Shown: positions 8,815-19,900, numbered from the stretch's first letter. The stretch is DNA of 21,567 bases from Octopus sinensis (GCF_006345805.1 NW_021823585.1:1-21567); one strand, 5' to 3'. Notes: generated from the letters alone by a model not told the origin. Translations and numbers: made by a program.

Positions 8815-9038
8815 GAGATCAAATATTTGCGTTGTACATTTGCTCACTCCTTCCATCGAATCGAGGTGGCCTGAACAGGTTCACGGTGTACCACGATCCA
8901 GGTGTCGAAGTGATCGCAGAGCAACGTGAGATGAAGTGGCTTGCTCAAAAACACAACACACCAAGCGATTCAGGAATTGAAACCACGGTCTCGCGATCGC
9001 GAGTGCAACACCCTAAGCGCTAAATCATGCGCCTTCAC
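8815..9038 (-). mobile_element. SINE family C (tRNA-derived head plus CORE-like segment)
   Basis: Reverse complement GTGAAGGCGCATGATTTAGCGCTTAGGGTG (A box-like)..GTTTCAATTCC (B box-like)..TTGAGCAAGCCACTTCATCTCACGTTGCTC; homologous to 18490-18620. Confidence 0.8.
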
Positions 9039-10037
9039 ACATACATACGTACGCACATACCTACTACATTTATATGTACCTACGTATATACGTACGTTCA
9101 AAAGTGCGTACACATATCAAATATTCCATAAATTTCGCACCTAAGAAGTATATATATATATATATATATATACAAATGTAGACATGGATACATATGTATG
9201 TGTACATATACGTAAGTCAAATCATACATATCTATACATGCAGTAACATTTATGATGGTACACAGGCAAGAATCTTCCATACAAATGTACATCTAGACGT
9301 GTATAAGTATATGTAACCAAACGCTATTGCATCCCCATGCGCGCACGTACATACATAGGAACATGCCGTAAGTAGTTGCATGCTTGTCGTGCAGGCAGTT
9401 AATTGGATTTGCAATGAATACAATCCCCCCAAATTAAAGTCACGGTTATACCTCTGATTATATTCATTGGAAGAAACCTTTTATTCAAGGTCGTAGCGAC
9501 ATTCGCCTTAAACTTGAAGTCAACATGCCGACATTCATTACAATCGCCGGAGCTGAATGAATACAGCGTCAACAACACTAGAGAAGAGCTAATGAGAAAC
9601 AACAGCGAGGAAGATAAACAGTCACATTGCTGGATTTATAGAGGAAATGAAAAGTATAAAATCCCTTTTATTTAGAGTTATTAACTTAATAATGACGTAT
9701 GTAATTGCTATAAAATGGTAACTAAAAAAAAATTCCCTCCCGTTGGCTATGTATAAAGAGAATGGAAATATACTAGGACGAACCCAGAGATAATTTCTTT
9801 CATGACAGAACAATTACATCAATAAGAGATATTCGTTGAACGTAAGGAGCGGATGTTAATGATAGTAATTGTATTAGTGAAATTGTGAACAGTACACAGA
9901 TAACACTATGTGATCATTCCACTAGAACAGGCATGGCTATGAGTTAGAGGATATCTGGTGTCACAAACAGACCAGTGAGGCAGACTTCCACACAAAGGTG
10001 TCGATCACATAAGCAGTCATGAAAATTATAAGTGTCC

Positions 10038-10440
10038 TAGAAGAGTGGTCGTGAGGTAAAAAGTTTGCTTCTCAACATATGGTTCCGATTTCAGTCCTAC
10101 TGCACAGCATCTTGGGCAAGTGTCTTCTACTAAAGCTCCAGCCTGATCAGACTTTTTGAGGGAGTTTGGTAGACGGAAACCGAAAGAAACCCATCATATG
10201 TATGTGTGTGTATGTGTGTGTGCCTTTGTGTTTGTATTTGTCCCCTACCACCACCTTGACAACCGGTGTTGATGTATTTATGTTCCCCGTATCTTAAAGG
10301 TTCGGCAAAAGAGTCTGATAGAATAAGTACCAACATTTTTTTAAAATTAGTACTGATATCTATTTTTTCAACTAAACTCTTCAAGGTGGTACCCCAGAAT
10401 GGCCGCAGTCTAGTGAACTGAAACAAATGAAAGATAAATA
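10038..10440 (+). mobile_element. SINE family A
   Basis: CATCTTGGGCAAGTGTCTTCTACT, TTTGGTAGACGGAAAC, GGTTCGGCAAAAGAG, GGCCGCAGTC tail. Confidence 0.9.
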
Positions 10441-10480
10441 TAACTGAAATGTATTCTTAACAGAACGTTGCGAAAAAACG

Positions 10481-10855
10481 TTATAAACTCCGCTTTCGCG
10501 AAGGCAGAGGTATTGCTTTCAGTCACGTTTGATTGTTTGACCATGGACAAGATATCTCAAGATCTGCTGGATGGATTCGGATGAAACTTTCAGAGATGTT
10601 TGGCCTCGTGACTGGCACAAACGGATTAGATTTTGGGATCGATCCGGTACTGAACAAGGATTCTGGATTATTTTTCCGTGTTATTATTTTTTTTACTAAA
10701 TTTTTGAGAGTGGTCGGGTTCATTTTTAGTATTCTCCTTTGTGAGAGCAGTCGAGTTTCTTTCAGATATTCTTATTTTAAAAATCCTCTCTGGCTAATAG
10801 TCGAAAGGATGTTGGTGTTGCCTAGCCGGAGGTCTGCGCTCTTTGATTGTTCTTG
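10481..10855 (+). mobile_element. non-autonomous Helentron-associated (HINE/DINE-1-like) element
   Basis: 5' TTATAAACTCCGC..GCAGAGG hairpin, short GTTT-type repeat, 3' GCCTAGCCGGAGGTCTGCGCTCT whose CCGGAGG is roughly inverted to the 5' CTCCGC, and T-rich flank. This matches the HINE layout as recalled. Confidence 0.65.
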
Positions 10856-10999
10856 TTTCGTTTTTGTTTTGTATGATTTTGTTTTTGCTGTTTTGTTTTT
10901 GTTGTTTTTTTCTTCAGCCACTAAAAGATGGGCCGTATTGGGATAGTATAAAAGACAGACTGAATTAATGCTAACAGCCGTTAATGAAACTGAGGATGA

Positions 11000-11860
11000 A
11001 TGTTTGCAGTAGAGTAATGTCAATTTTTGTTTACATGCCTTGTCAACGACAAGCATTAACTTTTGAAATAATAAAGCGGTAAATAGAGATAAGATAATTT
11101 TAGGAAATTGTTTTATCATGGATTTGGCAAAGAGAAAATAGATCGTTGAGTTATGGAAGAGGATAAGTTATGTAGCGATGCTTATCACTTGCAAAGAAAG
11201 AAATAATAGCTTCATAAATCACTAACAAAAGCTGAACAATGGAACAGAAACAATGTCTGGCGATAGTGAAAAGAGAACACTTGAGAATTAATCATTCTCA
11301 GCCAGATGTTAAAAGGCTGTCAATAAGAAGCTCCAGTATTAGAAGAGAACAGTGAGAAGGAAAATAACTAAAATTTAATCTCAACCAATCAGCATATTAC
11401 AGGGGACAATCAAAAAAACTGTTACAAGGTATTTTTCTCAGGAACTATACGGATTTCTTCTGTAGTAAAAGAATCATAACCAGGTTGCATTTTGGGATGA
11501 AATACATCCGAAAGAAGCGTTGCCTACGTAATGCACGGAGAGAATACGATATGAATGGTGATATATATCTATATCTATATATATATCTATATATATATAT
11601 ATATATATATATACTTAACTTGTTGGTGTTTGCAGAAACAAGGCTGGAATCAAGAAAGATGGCCACTGATATAGCAAATGTCAACGAACCAACTGAACGT
11701 AAGAATTTTATGAATGAAACTTATACAATTTATGGGAAATTATTTTTCCTTGGTCTGTGTTATAGTTACAATTTATGACAGCTGAACAAACAACTTGGAA
11801 GAAAGCAATTTAGGGAAATTGCTGAGAGACTTCTTATCCACGAAATTGTGGATGTCTAGT
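11000..11860 (+). pseudogene. probable piggyBac-like transposase relic, heavily decayed, interrupted by (TA)n at 11562-11612
   Basis: Colinear weak motifs: F*NNKAVNRDK, LWKRISY..ITCKERN (cf. LWKGRLSFRQYIPSKR), FAETR..RK, YGKLFF.LCYSYNL*, NKQLGRKQFREIAERLL. No TTAA-bounded ends identified. Confidence 0.45.
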
Positions 11861-11984
11861 TGGATTACAGGAAAGCATCATTCACCGAAGGCATCCATAA
11901 TTCAAATATTTATATACATAAAATAAATACTATCGTGAGAATTGGAAAGAAGTTCTTTGGAATATAGTACCTGTTCTTTTCTTT

Positions 11985-12235
11985 ATTTTATTCGTTTATT
12001 TGTTTCAGTCATGTGACTGCGGCCATGCTGGAGCACCGCCTTTAGTCGAAGAAATGGCCCCCAGGGCTTATTCTTTGTAAGCCTAGACCTTATTCTATCG
12101 GTTTCCTTTGCAGAACCGCTAGCTTACGGGCACGTAAACATACCAACAGCGGTTGTCAAGCGTTGGTGGGGGGGACAAACAGAGGCACAAACATATACAT
12201 ATACATATACATACATATATATATATAAATATATA

Positions 12236-12278
<43 letters not shown>

Positions 12279-12304
12279 TACATATATAAATATATATATA
12301 TATG

Positions 12305-12379
<75 letters not shown>

Positions 12380-12534
12380 ATATATACGGCGGGCTTCTTT
12401 CAGTTACCGTCTACCAAATCCACTCACAAAGCTATGGTCGGGCGGAGGCTATAGTAGGAGAAACTTGCCCAAGGTGCCGCGCAGTGGGACTGAACCCAGA
12501 ACCACGTGATTGGTAAGCAAGCTACTTACCACAC
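11985..12534 (-). mobile_element. SINE family A with ~190-bp expanded internal compound microsatellite
   Basis: Reverse complement of the family A head (12385-12534) and tail (11985-12190). Confidence 0.93.
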
Positions 12535-12539
12535 ATATA

Positions 12540-13090
12540 AGTAATGATATAAACAGGAGTGCTCATTGCACCAAAAACCAATACGAGAATTCCTCTCATA
12601 CCGATTACCGCAGTATTGTTTGTTCTAGCCGAACATCCGCGTTTAAGTGGGCTTAAATATACTGTTTAATTGTTGGCCAATTATATAAGCCTGCAGTATA
12701 TCATCAGATGAAATGCAGAAGTTCATGCGTAGATATGATGTCAGAAAGCTTCAAAGCGAGAGCAGCAAAGACAGCCAGAAGTAGTCTGTCTACGACAGAA
12801 TAACATTAAATTGATACAGACGCGTGAGAAATCACCTACGTGTCAAAGTCAATACAGTGTTTGTGAAATTAACAACGGAAAGTCACTAAATCAGACGCTG
12901 TTATTAAAAATCCACCTCAAAACATGCAGAAATCATCTGAGGGATACACCTAAACCAGCTGTACAGTTTTCCACCCGAGAGACATCGATGCCAAGATGGG
13001 TCGAAACGATTGTAGTGATCAATAAAAATTCTCGTATCTTCTACCTTACGTCTCTCTCATTAGTTACATACCCAAAGAAAACTAAACCAG
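12540..13090 (+). mobile_element. possible decayed PLE 3' end (GIY-YIG-like relic, HHR relic, AATAAA)
   Basis: VYHQMKCRSSCVDMMSESFKAR near 12695-12760; GGGTCGAAACGATTGTAGTG at 12998-13017; AATAAA at 13021; microsatellite follows. Confidence 0.4.
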
Positions 13091-13477
13091 CGAAATATAT
13101 ATGTATTTATGTACGTACGTATGTATGTATGTATGTATGTAATGGAGAAATTCTACAAAATGTATAAATGGATGATGAGTAAAGCACCAGCACAGTTTTG
13201 ATTACCTGTTGTTATCCGTAGATTTACTGCAGAAACTTCATAGTGGCGGTTGGGGTAACAGTGCTAATAAAATAGAAGATGGAATGTATAATAGACATTA
13301 TTGGGTTACAACAGCGAACGCTGATTACGCCATATTTTCTAAACTGGAATGTATACTTTCCACGTTCAAATTTGAATTATTTGCGTTTTAGTAATTTTTC
13401 TCTGATTTTACTCATTCTCGAATTTGAGGGACATACAGCGGTACGTAAGCCGACTCAAGAAATTTCTAGTGAGGCTT

Positions 13478-13536
13478 TTTATTGATGTACCTGAAGAAAT
13501 CCAGAACGGGTCGAAACATGTGTTATACCCAATAAA
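13478..13536 (+). ncRNA. type I hammerhead ribozyme motif, core intact, stems partly decayed
   Basis: UUUAUUG-AUGUAC-CUGAAGA-AAUCC-AGAAC-GGGUC-GAAAC-AUGU-GUU-AUACC-CAAUAAA. Distal stem I UUUAUUG/CAAUAAA is perfect; the 10.1-11.1 pair is an A-C mismatch. Confidence 0.62.
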
Positions 13537-13582
13537 TTCTATTACACATTCCATCTCCTATTTTACCAACACAAATATATAT

Positions 13583-13620
<38 letters not shown>

Positions 13621-13622
<2 letters not shown>

Positions 13623-13780
13623 CGGCTTCTTTCAGTTTCCGTCAACCAAATCCACTGACAAATCTTTGGTCAGCCCGAAGATATAGTAGAAGACACTTGC
13701 ACAAGTTGCTACGCAGTGGGATTGAACCTGGAACCATATGTTGGCAAGCAAGCTATTTCTCACACAGTCACTTTGCACCT
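13621..13780 (-). mobile_element. SINE family A 5' half
   Basis: GGCTTCTTTCAGTTTCCGTCAACCAAATCC..GACACTTGCACAAG..GCAAGCAAGCT is the reverse complement of the head. Confidence 0.88.
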
Positions 13781-14079
13781 ACATATATATATATATATAT
13801 AATATATATATATATAATATATATATATATATATAATATATATATATTATAGCATATACACATATATATTTACAACACATATATATTTACATATAATATA
13901 TATATACACACACACACCAAAACGCACACACACACACAACACACACACACCACACACACACACCATATTATATTATGTATGTGTATATATATATACGTTA
14001 TATGTGTATATACAACCGAAAGGCAGAAATACATTGGTGTGTGTGTGTGTATATTATATAGATATATATATATAGTATA

Positions 14080-14422
14080 TCTCTATATATTATACCAGTC
14101 TGTGCGTTTTCTGTGTGCTGTTTTCTCGTACACTGACCACGGCTTCCACCGATTCGCGAGAAACTGACACACACATAGCAATTCATAATTCAAACTACGC
14201 AGCGAAATTTTGAAAGTTCCCCATTTCTGAAAAAATCGATAAATTCGACATTGGTGGTCGAGAATAAACCTAAGACCGTCTAGGGGACGCAACTCCACCT
14301 TTTTTAACTAAAAAAAAAATTTACCATAATTTTTTTTTCCATTTTTTTGCTATTGCTATAACTCTCTAAAAATGCTTTATAGTTTATTTCCTTACAAACC
14401 TGAGCACGCCGATACTGCTTAG
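14080..14422 (+). mobile_element. probable non-autonomous Helitron
   Basis: Starts TCTCTATATATTATA; ends CAAACCTGAGCACGCCGATACTGCTTAG, read as a decayed subterminal hairpin plus CTAG-like terminus; sits in (TA)n flanks. Confidence 0.45.
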
Positions 14423-14659
14423 TATATATATAACGACGTGTATATGTCCCAGGCACATGCGCGAGCACTCATATAAAGGTTTATATGGATTCGTGAAACG
14501 GGATTGTGTACAAAGTTATTTTTGAAAGCTAGACTTTACTTATCTTCAACTAAAACATATTTCTCGTCGTTCTTTTCATCCAACCCATTTTTACATCATC
14601 TCCTTTGAAATTTCTTAGGAAAACAGAGAACAAAAATTTACTAACACACGCTTCACACA

Positions 14660-14771
14660 CCCCTCTCTCTCTCCATCTATGTGTCTGCCTTTCTTTCTAT
14701 CTGTCTATCTATCTATCTATCTGTCTGTCTATCTATCTATCTATCTATCTATCTATCAATCTATCTACCTT

Positions 14772-14808
<37 letters not shown>

Positions 14809-14893
14809 TTATTTATTTATCTATCTGTCTATCCATATATATATATATTGCTGGGCCGGCCTCTCTCTCTTTCTTTCTCTTCTTCTCTGTCTA

Positions 14894-14936
<43 letters not shown>

Positions 14937-15360
14937 CTTCTTCTACTCTCTCGCTTCTTTCGCTCTTCTTTAACAGAATTTCAGAATTCTTATTTTTCAT
15001 CTATTCCAGCTATGGAAATATTCCGAGTGTTTCACTATGATCCATCAAGCATCTGTTTGCAGGTGTGTGTGTATGTATGTGTGTGTGTGTGTTGTGTGTG
15101 TGTGTGTGTGTGTGTGTGTCTGTCTGTCTGTCTGTCTGTGTTGTGGATGTGTGTGCATGTGTGGGCCGTGTGCGTGTCTGTATGCATGTTTGTGTTAGTG
15201 TCTGTTTGTGATTGTTCTGTCGACACATGCATGTATGGTCGTGTATTGTTATACGTATCTTTCTGTGTATATACATGCGAGCGTACATGCGCGCGTGTAT
15301 GTTCCAGCTTGTACATATTCTTAATCATACACCCTATAATGTATATATATTTGTGTGCAA

Positions 15361-15405
<45 letters not shown>

Positions 15406-15575
15406 TGTATACACATGTACACACACACACAGACACTTAAGTTTGGCATACAAATAGAAGAACTCAATACATTAAGCAGAGATACAATGGGAAAGAGAGA
15501 TAGACAGAGACAGAGATAGAGAGAGGGGGGTGAGACAATGTGCGTATTATTTTCTTTTATTAGGCGCCATGTATA

Positions 15576-15644
<69 letters not shown>

Positions 15645-15742
15645 ATGTATTTATTTGTTTAATGTGTGTATGTGCGCACGTGTTATTTATATATATATAT
15701 AACGGCGCACACATACATATGTTTACACATAATATGTCTCTG

Positions 15743-15807
<65 letters not shown>

Positions 15808-15895
15808 AATATGTTATGGTCTATATTCACGATGTATATATATGTATACACATATATAACGTAAAAATAGATATATATGGATATACGGAAGCTTT
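14660..15895. repeat. large microsatellite field: (CTAT)n, (CT)n, (TG)n, (TCTG)n, (TA)n
   Basis: Direct reading; source of at least ten spurious ORFs. Confidence 0.95.
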
Positions 15896-16202
15896 ATAAG
15901 CTTGCTTTCAAATGAAACATTTTTTTTCCGTCACAAATAACATAATTTATTTCCCATTCAGCTATGCCTGCAATTATATCTATTATTATTGCAGAATAAA
16001 AGACAAAAACACTTTTCTTTGTCTCTTGTGTTTTCTGGTGTGTTTAAGAAGAAAATTTTCTTTTTATAACTTATTTTCCTATGTAAGCACTGGACTTTTC
16101 AGACATTTTTTCATACATTTCAGATATAACACACTTGTTTATACTCACTGCGGTTAATCATGGAGTCTATACCATAAACATTGATATAAACACTTATGCA
16201 TA

Positions 16203-16252
<50 letters not shown>

Positions 16253-16534
16253 ACTGTCTATCTAGCTATCTACCTATGTACGTATGTGTGTATAACAATA
16301 TATATATATACTAGAATGATGATTATGTCGCGATATGTATGTAACCGAAATGAAAAGCCTTGCCTTCGATTAGGTTCTTAATTTAGAAACTCAAACAATG
16401 GACATTTCGTTTAAATATAATATCAAGAAGAAATCGAGCCTTCACCGCCCTTGCAAACCCGTGAATGTACCAGGAGGGGGCAGCTTGAAAATCGCCCCCT
16501 TAATTCAGAGAATGCTTTTCATGTTTATCGTTGT

Positions 16535-16939
16535 GTTTTAATTGTTTTAGTCGTGCGGGGCACCGCCTTAAAGGGTTAATCGCACGAATCGACCTCGGTA
16601 CTGATTTGTCTTTTCAAAGCCTGATACTTAATCTATCGATCATTTTTGACGAACCGCTAAGTTACGGGGGCGTAAACACATCAGCACCGCTCGTCAATCG
16701 CAGACACAAAGACAGAGAGACAGGCAGACACACGCACGCACGCACACACACACACACACACACAGGCACGCATATATATATATATGACTGGCTTCTTTCA
16801 GTTTCTGTTGACCTAATCCACCCACAAGGCTATACTACTAAACTACTAGATACTTGCCCAAGGTGCCACGCAATGGTTCTGAAACCGGAACCATGTGGTT
16901 CGGAAGCACGCTTCTTACCTCACAGCTACGCTTGCACCT
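16535..16939 (-). mobile_element. SINE family A, diverged
   Basis: CTTGCCCAAGGTGCCACGCA, GGCTTCTTTCAGTTTC, GAACCGCTAAGTTACGGGG, GCACCGCCTT. Confidence 0.88.
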
Positions 16940-17101
16940 ATATACATACATACATACATACATACATACATAAAAGCATATATATATATTGATACAAACA
17001 ACATTGTGAAGGGAGTCCCACCCATTATGGGCAGTAGCAGGATGGGTCAAAACGACCGTTGTAGAAAATAAAGATTCATACTAAATCCATCTTCTCATTA
17101 C

Positions 17102-17113
17102 TTATTATTATCA

Positions 17114-17169
<56 letters not shown>
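17102..17169. repeat. (ATT)n trinucleotide microsatellite
   Basis: About 22 units, direct reading. Confidence 0.97.
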
Positions 17170-17310
17170 CCCAACTAACACTGCGGAATTCCTGAAGTAG
17201 ATCCATCGGAAATATACCCCGAATGCGGATGACATCAGGAAGTCCAAACTGTAACGGGGCTCTACTCAACACTTCAACGCACTAATCAATATATAACCAT
17301 TAGTCCAAAA

Positions 17311-17737
17311 TGGCTGTGTGGTAAGTAGCTTGCTTACCAGCCACAAGGTTCCGGGTTCAGTCCCACTGTGTGACACCTTGGGCAAGTTTCTTCTACTATA
17401 GCCTCGGGCCGACCAATACCTTGTGAGTGGATTTGGTTGACGGAAACTGAAAGTAGCCCGTCGTATATATGTATATATATATGTGTGTGTGTTTGTGTGT
17501 GTGTGTGTCTGTGTCTGTGTCTGTGTGCGTGTGTGTGTGTGTGTGTCCGTGTTTGTCCCCTAACATCGCTTGACAACCGATGCTGGTGTGTTTACGTCCC
17601 CGTAACTTAGCGGTTCGGCAAAAGAGACCGATAGAATAAGTACTAGGCTTCCAAAGAATAAGTCGATTTGCTCGACTAAAGGCGGTGCTCGAGCATGGCC
17701 GCAGTCAAATGACTGAAACCAGTAAAAAGAGAGTAAG
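17311..17737 (+). mobile_element. SINE family A, low divergence
   Basis: TGGCTGTGTGGTAAG (A box), GGTTCAGTCCC (B box), ACCTTGGGCAAG, complete tail. Confidence 0.95.
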
Positions 17738-17764
17738 ATATATATATATATATATATATGTGTG

Positions 17765-17796
<32 letters not shown>

Positions 17797-17949
17797 CGCA
17801 TGTGCGCGCGTGCGCGCGTGCGTGTGTGTGTGTGTGTATAGATACATACATACATGATGGCTGTCCACTCGTGACCGAGGAAGACCATCACTGACAACTA
17901 GGAAGTCTGCGAACTCGAATGAAATTATACTTTACTCTTGTAAATTCCA

Positions 17950-18110
17950 CTTTCCTGGATTTCGTCGGTAACGACGAAGAGTGTTCCAGTTGATACGATC
18001 AGGGTAACAGTCTGCTAGTTAAATGAATGTGCAAGTGGCTGAGAACTCCACAGACAAATGTTTCCTTAACGTAGTTCTCAAGGAGATTCAGCGTAACACA
18101 GAATGTGACA
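17950..18110 (+). mobile_element. interspersed repeat fragment, probably the body of another octopus SINE
   Basis: TTCCAGTTGATACGATC..GTGCAAGTGGCTGAGAACTCCACAGAC..GGAGATTCAGCGTAACACAGAATGTGACAA recognised from memory only; no second copy in the window. Confidence 0.45.
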
Positions 18111-18488
18111 AAGGCGGCAAGCTGGCAGAAACGTTAGCACGCCGGACGTCTGCTGCTATGTTCTGAGTTTAAATTAGGCCGAGGTCAACTTTGCCTTTCA
18201 ATCTTTCGGGGTCGATAAATTAAGTACCAGTTACGCACTTGGGTCGATGTAATCAACTTAATCCGTTTGTCCGTCCTTGTTTGTCCTCTCTGTGTTTAGC
18301 CCCTTGTGGGTAGTAAAGAAATAGGTATTTCGTCTGCTGCTACGTTCTGAGTTCAAATTCGGCCGAGGTCGACTTTGCCTTCCATCCTTTCGGGCTTGAT
18401 AAATTAAGTACCAGTTACGCACTGGGGTCGATATAATCGACTTAATCCGTTTGTCTGTCCTTGTTTGTGGGCAGTAAACAAATAAGAA
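18111..18488 (+). mobile_element. SINE family B with internally duplicated body (about 18147-18325 and 18331-18488)
   Basis: Head AAGGCGGCAAGCTGGCAGAAACGTTAGCACGCCGG followed by two copies of CGTCTGCTGCTA.GTTCTGAGTT.AAATT.GGCCGAGG...TAAGTACCAGTTACGCACT. Confidence 0.92.
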
Positions 18489-18489
18489 T

Positions 18490-18620
18490 ATGACAAGTCT
18501 GGGGCTTGTCAATTACAAGTATTTTTGCCAGTTGAGTGGACTGGGGTAACGTGAAATAAAGTGACTTTCTCAAGGACACAACGCATCGCCATGAATCGAA
18601 CTGATGACCACGTGTTGTTG
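18490..18620 (-). mobile_element. SINE family C fragment
   Basis: Reverse complement CAGTTCGATTC..GCGTTGTGTCCTTGAGAAAGTCACTTTATTTCACGTT.CCCCAGTCCACTCA. Confidence 0.75.
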
Positions 18621-18624
18621 GCAT

Positions 18625-18738
18625 ACATACGTGCATACATACATACATACATACATACATACATACATACATACATACATACATACATACATACACACAT
18701 ACATACCTATATACATACATATATAAATACATACATAC
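18625..18738. repeat. (CATA)n microsatellite
   Basis: Direct reading. Confidence 0.95.
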
Positions 18739-19104
18739 AGGCGTTGGAGTGGCTGTGTGGTAAGTAGCTTGCTAACCAACCACATGGTTCCCGGGCCGAC
18801 CAATGCCTTGTGAGTGGATTTGGTAGACGGAAACTGAAAGAAGCCTGTCGTATATATGTGTATATATATATAAGTGTGTGTGTATATGTTTGTGTGTCTG
18901 TGTTTGTCCCCCTAGCATTGCTTGACAACCGATGCTGGTGTGTTTACGTCCCCGTCACCTAGCGGTTCGGCAAAGAGACCGATAGAATAAGTACTGGGTT
19001 ACAAAGAATAAGTCCCGGGGTCGATTTGCTCGACTAAGGCGGTGCTCCAGCATGGCCGCAGTCAAATGACTGAAACAAGTAAAAGAGTAAAGAGTAAAGA
19101 GTAA
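18739..19104 (+). mobile_element. SINE family A lacking B box and CORE-like segment; (AGAGTAA)n tail
   Basis: GGTTCCCGGGCCGACC fuses two sites that are ~60 nt apart in the 17311 and 20307 copies. Confidence 0.93.
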
Positions 19105-19574
19105 TACATGCGTATATTGTGTATGGGCGTGCGAACGCGTACATTGGACTTTTGAATGGTAGCAGAGCATTGATTCGTGACGTGGAGAGTAAATCAGAAA
19201 TTGCTTCATGAATATACGGTAGGTGCATGTAAAGGAGATCAAAGATAAACAACAAATCCTCAGCTAACGATAAAACGAAATAGTTACTGCATTGTTGCAG
19301 TCGTTACAGCTACACTAAGCCTGTTGTGTTGGCAGCATCGATGACGAAGGAGAAGGTGTGTTATTGCGTAGGCTAAAACAACTCGGGCATTCCTTGGTAG
19401 CTTTAATGCTCCTTGTTGCCGCTTGAAGGAGCGATGTTATCAGAACGTTAGGAAATCGTTCTGATTTCTTATCTACAGCTGATGATGGGAGTGTTCCGCA
19501 GAGGTACATTGTATGTTAGGGATTACAAGTGGTTAGATAAATATATTCACCTCTCAAAACTCCTGACTTGAAAT

Positions 19575-19577
19575 ACA

Positions 19578-19612
<35 letters not shown>

Positions 19613-19630
19613 ATAGTATACATACACGTT

Positions 19631-19699
<69 letters not shown>

Positions 19700-19751
19700 A
19701 TGTATATATATATGTATATATATGTATGTCTGTCTATCTATCTATCTATCC

Positions 19752-19782
<31 letters not shown>

Positions 19783-19900
19783 GCATACATACATATTTAC
19801 ATATATACACACACACATATCTATATCTATATATATATGAATAATTTTATATATATAGAGAGAGAGAGAGATAGAGGTGGGAGAGAGAAGAGCGAGAGAG
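19575..19900. repeat. compound microsatellite cluster
   Basis: Direct reading. Confidence 0.93.

Noticed and set aside
10533-11119. ORFs 10533..10946, 10523..10723 and 10772..11119
   Set aside because: They overlap a non-autonomous element and a low-complexity T-rich flank, with no recognisable domain.
16460-16505. ATGTAC-CAGGAGG-GGGC...GCCCC hairpin resembling an HHR 5' half
   Set aside because: Core is degenerate and no GAAA follows the stem.
16531-16992. 153-aa ORF, and 142-aa ORF 13424..13852
   Set aside because: Read-through of antisense SINE plus microsatellite sequence.
17311-17385. tRNA gene calls for SINE heads (also 2293, 9038, 18111, 20307)
   Set aside because: A and B boxes are present but no cloverleaf could be built, and each continues into a SINE body.
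5098-19485. Other CTGATGA matches (5098-5104 +, 12701-12707 -, 18601-18607 +, 19479-19485 +)
   Set aside because: No stem II followed by GAAA, and no UH or stem I partner nearby.
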